Shown here piece by piece: positions 57,588-64,000 of a stretch of 64,000 nt of DNA. Each line of letters starts with the position of its first letter. Positions within the stretch are counted from its first letter, which is position 1. Both the position numbers and the translations under genes were made by a program. The stretch is taken from assembly GCA_965226385.1 (NCBI GenBank), contig OZ245359.1, positions 1,097,116-1,161,115 on the forward strand, given 5' to 3'. Below the pieces are notes generated by a model. That model did no database searches, was not told the DNA's origin, and saw nothing but the letters and a program-made list of their open reading frames with translations. The stretch is from Bryobacterales bacterium (GTDB lineage Bacteria > Acidobacteriota > Terriglobia > Bryobacterales > UBA6623).

Positions 57588-59408
57588 ATGACAGAAGTTC
57601 AGGTTTCTCCAGAAGTTGCCGAATTTACCGAGGTGCACCGTCACCCGGAGCCCAAGCGCTTTCTCTGGAAATACATCTTTTCTGTTGATCACAAGGTGAT
57701 TGGAATTCAGTACCTGCTACTGGCCATTACTGCTGTGTTCGTGGGGATGTTCCTAAGCTTGCTGATACGTTTGCGGCTTGTCTGCCCGGACTGTTCATTA
57801 CCGCTGCTTGGCTCGTTGTTGCCGGTCGGTGCACCTGAAGGTGTCATGACCCCGGAATTCTATCTCGCAATGCTGACCATGCACGGCACAGTCATGGTTT
57901 TCATGGTCCTGACCACAGCACCCCAGGGTGGTTTCGGGAACTATTTCCTGCCGATCCAGATCGGTGCTGCGGATATGGCATTCCCACGCCTGAACATGCT
58001 GTCCTTCTGGATCACTTTCGTGTCTTTCGGCCTGTTGATGGCCGCCTTCTTTGTCGAAGGTGGTGCACCAATAACCGGCTGGACCGCTTACCCGCCGCTA
58101 AGTGCAATTCCGGAAGCGACTTTGCAGGGTATTGGGCAGGATCTCTGGATTGCATCCATTGCAGTTTTCTGTGTCGCCTCGCTGCTGGGTGCCCTGAATT
58201 TTATCGTGACAACGCTGGACCTACGGACCAAGGGTCTGACGATGATGCGCATGCCGTTAACTTGCTGGACATGGTTTGTTACCGCAATCCTGGGACTGCT
58301 GGCCTTTGGTGTACTGCTGGCTGCAGGTGTGCTGCTTTTGATGGACCGCAATCTCGGAACAAGCTTCTTCGTACCAGGGGGGCTGGTCGTCAGTGACAAA
58401 GTGATTGACCACTCGGGCGGCTCACCAATCCTATGGCAGCATTTGTTCTGGTTTTTCGGGCACCCGGAAGTGTATATAGCAATCCTGCCAGGCATGGGTG
58501 TGACATCGCATGTCCTGTCGATGTTTTCACGCAAGCCTGTGTTCGGCTACAAAGCAATGGTCTGTGCCATTGGTGCTATCGGAATTCTGGGTTTCGTCGT
58601 CTGGGGACACCACATGTTTGTCAGTGGTATGAGCCCTTATTCCGCAATTATATTTTCCATCCTGACAATGTGTATCGGAGTTCCATCCGCCATAAAGACC
58701 TTCAACTGGATCGGCACCATGTGGGGCGGCAAGATCCGTTTCACATCCCCAATGCTGTTCTCGATCGGATTCGTATCACTCTTTGTCACGGGCGGTTTAT
58801 CTGGAATCTTTCTCGGGCAACCGACAATCGACCTTTACTTCCATGACACCTACTTTGTTGTGGCGCACTTCCACCTGATCATGGGAGTGGCTGCCATCTT
58901 TGGCATGTTTGCTGGCCTGACATTCTGGTTCCCGAAAATGTTCGGGCGGATGATGGACGAGCGGTTGAACAAGATTCATTTCTGGTTCACATTCATTGGT
59001 GTCTACGCCATTTTTGGTCCGATGCACTATCTGGGTATGTTGCCTCATCCGCGACGCTACGCCGAGATCACCAGTGTGGATTACCTCCAGACTGGTGGTG
59101 CAGAAGCCCTGCATTTGTTTATTACTGTTGCAGCGATCCTGACTATTCTGGCGCAGTTTTTGTTCCTTTATAACTTCCTGCGCGGCATCTTCGCTGGCAA
59201 GCCAGCCACTGAGGAAAACCCCTGGGAAGCGACTACTTTGGAATGGACGATTCCTTCACCACCTCCTCATGACAATTTCGGTGGCAAGGTTCCCACTGTC
59301 TTCAGGGGTCCCTACGATCTGAGTCTGAAAGGTGCCAAACGGGACTTTGCCATGCAGTGCAACGATGACAAGGCAGTCTTCGGCGAACAGCAGGACGCAA
59401 GCAACTAG
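57588..59408 (+). CDS. coxA: cytochrome c oxidase subunit I (A-type heme-copper oxidase)
   Basis: 606 aa. WFFGHPEVYIAILPGMG, VWGHHMF and FHDTYFVVAHFH are canonical subunit I motifs. Confidence 0.95.
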   Translation: MTEVQVSPEVAEFTEVHRHPEPKRFLWKYIFSVDHKVIGIQYLLLAITAVFVGMFLSLLIRLRLVCPDCSLPLLGSLLPVGAPEGVMTPEFYLAMLTMHGTVMVFMVLTTAPQGGFGNYFLPIQIGAADMAFPRLNMLSFWITFVSFGLLMAAFFVEGGAPITGWTAYPPLSAIPEATLQGIGQDLWIASIAVFCVASLLGALNFIVTTLDLRTKGLTMMRMPLTCWTWFVTAILGLLAFGVLLAAGVLLLMDRNLGTSFFVPGGLVVSDKVIDHSGGSPILWQHLFWFFGHPEVYIAILPGMGVTSHVLSMFSRKPVFGYKAMVCAIGAIGILGFVVWGHHMFVSGMSPYSAIIFSILTMCIGVPSAIKTFNWIGTMWGGKIRFTSPMLFSIGFVSLFVTGGLSGIFLGQPTIDLYFHDTYFVVAHFHLIMGVAAIFGMFAGLTFWFPKMFGRMMDERLNKIHFWFTFIGVYAIFGPMHYLGMLPHPRRYAEITSVDYLQTGGAEALHLFITVAAILTILAQFLFLYNFLRGIFAGKPATEENPWEATTLEWTIPSPPPHDNFGGKVPTVFRGPYDLSLKGAKRDFAMQCNDDKAVFGEQQDASN

Positions 59409-59413
59409 AAGCG

Positions 59414-60076
59414 ATGCCTTCAACTCTCACATCAACTGAGGCACTTGTGCAGCCCGTCCCGGGTGAAAGTCGCTTTGACCCACCGTCGCCTCCAGTACAG
59501 GACGATGGAGGTGGGGCAGGACCTTACAGCAACCAGCATCTGGTGCAACGCTACAAGCTAGGCGTTTGGGTCGGCATCTGTGGCATTGTGATGTTTTTCG
59601 CGGCCATGACAAGCGCCATGGTAGTACGACAGGGGCTGTCTGATGACTGGCAGGTCTTCAGACTGCCTCCGGTCCTGTTTGTCAGCACGGCAGTACTTTT
59701 GTTATCAAGCTGGACTATCGAGCGTAGCCGCAAGGCAATCAAACTGGATTTAAGGAATGTACAACGCTGGGTGAATGCCTCGGCCTTGCTGGGACTCGTG
59801 TTCCTTGCTTGCCAGGTTCTCGGATGGCAAGCTCTGACCGAACGCGGGATTTACCTTGCGAGCAATCCTGCCAACTCGTTCTACTACGTGTTGACTGCTG
59901 GTCATGGAGTACACCTGCTAGGTGGGGTCGTTGCACTTGGTTACATCTGGTTTCGTGTACGCAACGTGCAAACATGGAACTCGCGTGAGGCTGTGCTTGA
60001 AGCCGCCGCACTGTACTGGCATTTTATGGATGTCCTCTGGATCTACATCCTGGGACTACTATTTTTCTGGAGGTAG
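59414..60076 (+). CDS. coxC: cytochrome c oxidase subunit III family protein
   Basis: 220 aa and polytopic. ...YVLTAGHGVHLLGGVVAL...AAALYWHFMDVLWIYILGLLFF is the subunit III C-terminal pattern. Confidence 0.8.
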   Translation: MPSTLTSTEALVQPVPGESRFDPPSPPVQDDGGGAGPYSNQHLVQRYKLGVWVGICGIVMFFAAMTSAMVVRQGLSDDWQVFRLPPVLFVSTAVLLLSSWTIERSRKAIKLDLRNVQRWVNASALLGLVFLACQVLGWQALTERGIYLASNPANSFYYVLTAGHGVHLLGGVVALGYIWFRVRNVQTWNSREAVLEAAALYWHFMDVLWIYILGLLFFWR

Positions 60077-60080
60077 CTGG

Positions 60081-60710
60081 ATGTCGGAAGCGCATGCTAT
60101 TGCAACAGCCAAACCAACCTGGAGTGGAGGCGGAACTCCGTTTGCCGTTGGTCACAAGAAGTTTGGCATGTGGCTGTTCATCCTCTCAGACACACTGACA
60201 TTTTCTGCACTGTTAGTGACTTACAGCTACGTTCGCGTGGCCAATGATTGGCCAACACCATTTCATTTCTATCCGTCCATCGTTTTTTCGACTCTCATGA
60301 CACTGGTACTGCTATCGAGCAGCCTGACGATGGTCTACGCCGTTTCTGCTGCGCATCACGGGGCCCGTCGCAAGGCTGCCAAATGGATATGGGCCACAGC
60401 GTTAGGAGGGGCGGTGTTTGTTGTATTGCACGGCACTGAGTGGATGAACCTGATGCACGAAGGTGTCTACCCCTGGACGAATCCATTTGGAACGCCACTG
60501 TTCGGCGCTACGTTCTTTCTTGTGACCGGGTTACACATGTTTCACGTCATCACGGGTGTAGGCTACCTGGTGATCGTTGCCCTGGGGTACCGACGTGGCA
60601 AGTGGCTGCCGGAGGACGTGGAAGTCGCAGGTCTGTACTGGCACTTTGTGGACCTAGTCTGGATGTTTGTGTTTCCATTGCTCTACCTGCTCTCGACGAG
60701 TGTTGATTAA
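60081..60710 (+). CDS. second cytochrome c oxidase subunit III family protein
   Basis: ORF trimmed to the ATG at 60081 (MSEAHAIATAKP...). ...FGMWLFILSDTLTFSALL...FLVTGLHMFHVITGV...AGLYWHFVDLVWMFVFPLLYL is the subunit III pattern. Confidence 0.8.
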   Translation: MSEAHAIATAKPTWSGGGTPFAVGHKKFGMWLFILSDTLTFSALLVTYSYVRVANDWPTPFHFYPSIVFSTLMTLVLLSSSLTMVYAVSAAHHGARRKAAKWIWATALGGAVFVVLHGTEWMNLMHEGVYPWTNPFGTPLFGATFFLVTGLHMFHVITGVGYLVIVALGYRRGKWLPEDVEVAGLYWHFVDLVWMFVFPLLYLLSTSVD

Positions 60711-60726
60711 ACGGGTAAAAACCACT

Positions 60727-61284
60727 ATGTATATTTCATTGATTGGCTATCTGTTCTGCCTGGTTCTGGGGATCTGGGGATTCGCAGTTGCTGGTGGTCA
60801 GGTCATACACGGCGGGATGGTTGTCTCCCTGGACAATCTCTTTCTGACAATGTTTGCAGGGATGATCGGTGTGGCCTGTTTCAGCTACCTCGCATGGAGA
60901 TTTCTTCCAGTGATTACTGCTCCAGCCGGAGCTGCTGCAGGTAAAGGAGGGGTCACCGTACAGCCTTATGCTGTGCCTGAAGATCCTGAATACACAGATG
61001 CACACATCCCGCTGTTTAACAAGATCTGGATTGGGCTTCTGGTGCTTACAGCTGTTGAAGTTATACTTGCTTATGTGCAGCTTACTGGTATCCTTGTGAT
61101 GCTGGCGATCCTACTGGTCCTGTCGGCATTGAAGGCTGGTATGATTCTGTCTTACTTCATGCACCTGAAGTTTGACCATCCACAGTTGTCCTGGACATTG
61201 CTCCTGCCAGCCGTTGCATGCATCTTGGTCATGTGTGGCTATTTCTTCCCCGACAGTTTCCGCTTGCTGGAACTACGTCCATGA
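60727..61284 (+). CDS. cytochrome c oxidase subunit IV-like membrane protein with an N-terminal 2-TM extension
   Basis: ORF trimmed to the ATG at 60727. The C-terminal half (IWIGLLVLTAVEVILAYV...ALKAGMILSYFMHLKFD...) resembles the prokaryotic oxidase subunit IV (CoxIV/QoxD-like) family. The N-terminal about 90 aa are extra. Confidence 0.6.
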   Translation: MYISLIGYLFCLVLGIWGFAVAGGQVIHGGMVVSLDNLFLTMFAGMIGVACFSYLAWRFLPVITAPAGAAAGKGGVTVQPYAVPEDPEYTDAHIPLFNKIWIGLLVLTAVEVILAYVQLTGILVMLAILLVLSALKAGMILSYFMHLKFDHPQLSWTLLLPAVACILVMCGYFFPDSFRLLELRP

Positions 61285-61538
61285 AGCAGCTTGCGGCAGT
61301 CACCGGGTTGTTCACTGGAATGCTGCCACTTTATATCATCCTGCTGTTGAGCATGCCTGCCCAGGCTCCTGCCCAGGGCTGTTCCATGTGTCGGGAGACC
61401 GCTTCCTTTCAGACGGAAAGAGCTGTCGGAGCATTGCAGCGCGGCATTCTTCTTCTGGGGATCCCTCCGCTTGCCATTGTAGGTGGTATCGCATGGACAA
61501 CCTATCGTAGGTCAAAACAATTCAATAACAAACAATAA
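61281..61538 (+). CDS. hypothetical small membrane protein (85 aa) with a CxxC motif
   Basis: The ATG overlaps the upstream stop (ATGA). It has a signal/TM (LFTGMLPLYIILLLSMPAQA), then QGCSMCRE, then a C-terminal TM (ILLLGIPPLAIVGGIAW). Confidence 0.4.
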   Translation: MKQLAAVTGLFTGMLPLYIILLLSMPAQAPAQGCSMCRETASFQTERAVGALQRGILLLGIPPLAIVGGIAWTTYRRSKQFNNKQ

Positions 61539-61553
61539 GGGCGTCCCACCACC

Positions 61554-61820
61554 TTGGGGCGGGGAGTAATTGATTTTTACGCTATTATTGACAAGCTCAA
61601 GGAAACAGAGTTTGACGGCCAGGTGTTCGGCGAGCTTGGGTTAGAAGGCACCGAGGAAATGCGAGATTACATGGTCGATGAGTTGGGCCTGCGCCTCCAA
61701 TTGAATATTTCGAGTTCTGAAGCTCTGCGGGACCATTGTTCTAAGTTTTTGCCCATCCCTCTGACCTTCTTGCGGTTGAGTGTTCGGTTCGCCGTTCCTA
61801 TTTCCCAGAACGGAACATGA
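61554..61820 (+). pseudogene. C-terminal fragment of a xylose-isomerase-like TIM-barrel (sugar phosphate isomerase/epimerase) gene
   Basis: GRGVIDFYAIIDKLKETEFDGQVFGELGLEG..MRDYMVDELGL resembles only the last about 50 aa of that family. No upstream part exists. It has a TTG start and the tail reads through into the next gene. Confidence 0.35.
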
Positions 61821-61834
61821 TAAGCGGAGATCAT

Positions 61835-63778
61835 ATGCGATCGTTTCTTAATACTTCTTTCTCGAGAGCACAGGTTGCGCAAAGGTTGTGCGGCAGTGTC
61901 GTTGGGGTGATTCTGGCCATGGGGTTTGCTTCCGCATTGAATGCTCAGAAAGACTGGCCACTGTTCGGCAATGACCCGGGCGCAATGCGCTATTCGCCGC
62001 TGACTGAAATCAACACAGAGAACATATCGAGACTTCAACTCGTTTGGACGTACAAAACGGAGGAGGCAGCGAGCGCTGGGTCGGCAGCCGCCGAAGCGGA
62101 GAATCCCAACCCTGAGAGAAGGGGCCGGTCCCAGGCGCGTAGATCTCAAGTCGCGCCGCTCGTCGTCGACAACGTAATGTACCTGACAACGCCTTACAAC
62201 CGCGCCGTCGCGCTTGATCCCGAGACCGGTGAAGAGCTTTGGCAATACGAGGTGAGCGAGGACAGCGGCAGAGTGGCCATCCGTGGGTTGACCCATTGGC
62301 CAGGCGACGAACAGTCCCCGCCAACCATTTTCTTCGGTACGTCGTTAGGTTTTTTGGTCGCACTGAACGCGAAGACCGGCAGCCCGGTGCCCGGATTCGG
62401 TGACGAAGGCGTGCTGGACATGAGGCAGGCCATGCCGGCGAAGTTTGCCAAAGACCGATTTGGCCTGTCGTCGCCCCCGGCGATCTACAAGAATCTGGTG
62501 ATCACCGGTTCTCACGTTCAAGAATCCCCCAGCCTGGGCCCTCCTGGCGATATTCGAGCCTGGGACGCGCATACAGGGAAGCTGGTGTGGACATTTCACA
62601 CAATTCCACGCCCCGGCGAGCCCGGCCATGATACTTGGGAGGGCGATAGCTGGCGCGATCGCTCGGGAGCGAATGTGTGGGGCTACATGACCGTGGACAC
62701 CGAACGCGGATTGGTGTTCCTGCCGCTCGGATGCGCGACCTACGACTACTACGGCGGAGACCGCAAGGGAGCCAACCTTTACGGCAGCACTCTCGTGGCG
62801 CTGGATGCCGAGACCGGCGAATTGAAATGGCATTTCCAAACAACGCACCACGACGTCTGGGACTACGACTTGGAGTCGGCGCCGGCATTGTTCGATGTCA
62901 CCGTCGATGACCAGAAGTTTCCCGCGGTTGGCCAAATGACCAAACAGGGCCTGCTGTTCATTCTCGACCGCACGACGGGAAGGCCGATACACGGTGTGGA
63001 GGAGCGTCCGGCACTACAAGAAGGGTTCGCCGCGGGCGAGCACCCTTGGCCCACGCAGCCATTCCCCGTGAAGCCGCCGCCCCTGGCTCGCAATACCTTC
63101 AGCCCCGACGAGATCGCCACGGTGACCCCAGAGCACCAAAAGTACTGCGAAGAGATGTTGCAGGCGGATGGCGGGTTACGCACCGGCGGTCCTTATCTGC
63201 CTTTTGGCGACAAACCCAGCATCATCTTCCCCGGCACGTTGGGCGGCGGCAACTGGCACGGCACGTCGTTCGATCCCAACCTCGGTTATCTTTTTGTCAA
63301 CACGCAAAGCCTCGGCGAGGTATATCAAATCGTTTCGAGACCACAAGGGCCCACGGCGCAACGCTACAAGTTTTGGGATGACGGCAAGTTCTGGCCCTGC
63401 CAGCAGCCGCCTTGGGGCGAGCTGAGCGCGGTCAACGTCAACACGGGTGAGATTGCGTGGCGAGTTCCTCTCGGCGTCTTCGACGAGTTAACCGAGAAGG
63501 GCGTACCCAAGACTGGGACGCCGAACATGGGCGGCTCTATGGCGACGGCCGGCAATCTCGTTTTCATCGGCGGCACGGTGGACGACCGTTTTCGCGCCTT
63601 CGATTCCCGGACGGGCGAAGAAGTCTGGGTAACCAACGTGGGAGCCGCGGCCCGGGCGATCCCGATCACCTACGAAGGTGAAAGCGGAAAGCAGTATGTC
63701 GTGATTATGGTGAGCGGCGGCGGCTTCTTGCGCGATCACGTGATTCCGGCTACGTTGATGGTGTTTGCTTTGCCATAA
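61835..63778 (+). CDS. PQQ-dependent dehydrogenase (glucose/quinate/shikimate-dehydrogenase-like beta-propeller), secreted
   Basis: ORF trimmed to the ATG at 61835 (MRSFLNTSF...VVGVILAMGFASALNAQ signal). ...DWPLFGNDPGAMRYSPLTEIN..., HHDVWDYDLESAP and GGGNWHG fit the PQQ propeller layout. There is no vicinal Cys pair. Confidence 0.8.
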   Translation: MRSFLNTSFSRAQVAQRLCGSVVGVILAMGFASALNAQKDWPLFGNDPGAMRYSPLTEINTENISRLQLVWTYKTEEAASAGSAAAEAENPNPERRGRSQARRSQVAPLVVDNVMYLTTPYNRAVALDPETGEELWQYEVSEDSGRVAIRGLTHWPGDEQSPPTIFFGTSLGFLVALNAKTGSPVPGFGDEGVLDMRQAMPAKFAKDRFGLSSPPAIYKNLVITGSHVQESPSLGPPGDIRAWDAHTGKLVWTFHTIPRPGEPGHDTWEGDSWRDRSGANVWGYMTVDTERGLVFLPLGCATYDYYGGDRKGANLYGSTLVALDAETGELKWHFQTTHHDVWDYDLESAPALFDVTVDDQKFPAVGQMTKQGLLFILDRTTGRPIHGVEERPALQEGFAAGEHPWPTQPFPVKPPPLARNTFSPDEIATVTPEHQKYCEEMLQADGGLRTGGPYLPFGDKPSIIFPGTLGGGNWHGTSFDPNLGYLFVNTQSLGEVYQIVSRPQGPTAQRYKFWDDGKFWPCQQPPWGELSAVNVNTGEIAWRVPLGVFDELTEKGVPKTGTPNMGGSMATAGNLVFIGGTVDDRFRAFDSRTGEEVWVTNVGAAARAIPITYEGESGKQYVVIMVSGGGFLRDHVIPATLMVFALP

Positions 63779-63821
63779 CGGATGCAAGAAACATAGATTG
63801 ATGCGCGTTTCCGACGTCGCC

Positions 63822-63957
63822 CCTTCGCTTCAAAACTTCCGCCAGGCGCTGCGGGCGCCACGTCCTGCGGTCACTCCTACCGTGGGTTTCCGTTGCCCCG
63901 GGGCGTTGGGGCAAACACCGCGGTGTTTACTCTCATCAACGCACTGATGCTGCGTTG
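63822..63957 (+). pseudogene. N-terminal fragment of a MacB/FtsX-type ABC permease gene, split across two frames
   Basis: One frame reads LQNFRQALRAPRP..... and the next reads GVGANTAVFTLINALMLR. The family's N-terminus is LRxALRxLRxxPGFTxxAVLTLALGIGANTAIFS..NAxLLR. The similarity stops before the window end. Confidence 0.3.
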
Positions 63958-64000
63958 GACAACAATACAGTCGATAGATCCGATGGACCCGAGAGCCGCA

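Noticed and set aside
57005-57589. A 194-aa minus-strand ORF
   Set aside because: It is antisense to coxB, which carries the CuA site.
61667-63787. Minus-strand ORFs of 209, 215, 128, 117, 106, 101 and 99 aa under the second PQQ dehydrogenase
   Set aside because: They are off-frame shadows in G+C-rich DNA, whereas the plus-strand gene has clear PQQ-propeller features.
1-64000. A CRISPR array, rRNA genes, or large tandem repeats anywhere in the window
   Set aside because: Reading through the sequence, I saw no regularly spaced direct repeats of 24-40 bp, no cas-like ORFs and no rRNA-like conserved stretches. This was a by-eye scan, so short or degenerate arrays could be missed. A CRISPR finder should confirm it.

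Overview
This is a 64-kb chromosomal window from a Gram-negative genome. The gene content looks Acidobacteriota-like: an acidobacterial-style VWA protein, a TonB-receptor-like barrel with a long acidic N-terminus, and a PSCyt/DUF1553 + DUF1501 pair. That taxonomic call is inference from gene content, not a search result. Background G+C is roughly 50-55%, from hand counts of a few sampled lines only.

The core is housekeeping:
- three tRNAs, all with encoded CCA: Phe-GAA, Glu-CUC, Ala-GGC
- lysS, aspS, recJ, hemL, fabV, dtd, pcm, moaB and selB
- a fused LptF-LptG permease and a DASS/SLC13 transporter
- a Tat-sulfatase + PhyH pair
- an ECF sigma / anti-sigma / unknown-protein operon directly upstream of an aa3-type cytochrome c oxidase cluster (coxB-coxA-coxC-coxC'-subunit IV-like-small CxxC protein)
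- two PQQ beta-propeller dehydrogenases

Four compositionally foreign, decayed mobile-DNA patches interrupt this backbone:
1. 1-242: an IS1595-type transposase stub, then ORF-poor DNA next to the 3' end of tRNA-Phe.
2. 12714-14396: a very G+C-rich IS1634-family element with 17-bp terminal inverted repeats and a multiply frameshifted transposase.
3. ~38165-45720: an island remnant with an integrase 3' stub, a broken T4SS coupling-protein-like gene, and a fully intact Type I R-M operon (hsdM-hsdS-hsdR). Its HsdR carries a 13-cysteine triple-knuckle insert.
4. 61539-64000: a mosaic of gene fragments around an intact PQQ dehydrogenase.

I found no rRNA, no CRISPR array, and no convincing wholly new multi-gene system. 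The observations most worth a second look are:
- the Cys-rich HsdR within the stripped-down island
- the sigma/anti-sigma/395-aa operon upstream of the oxidase genes
- the lanthanide-type D-x-D signature in the first PQQ dehydrogenase
- the LptF-LptG fusion
- the orphan selB

All family assignments come from reading motifs by eye. No database search was run.
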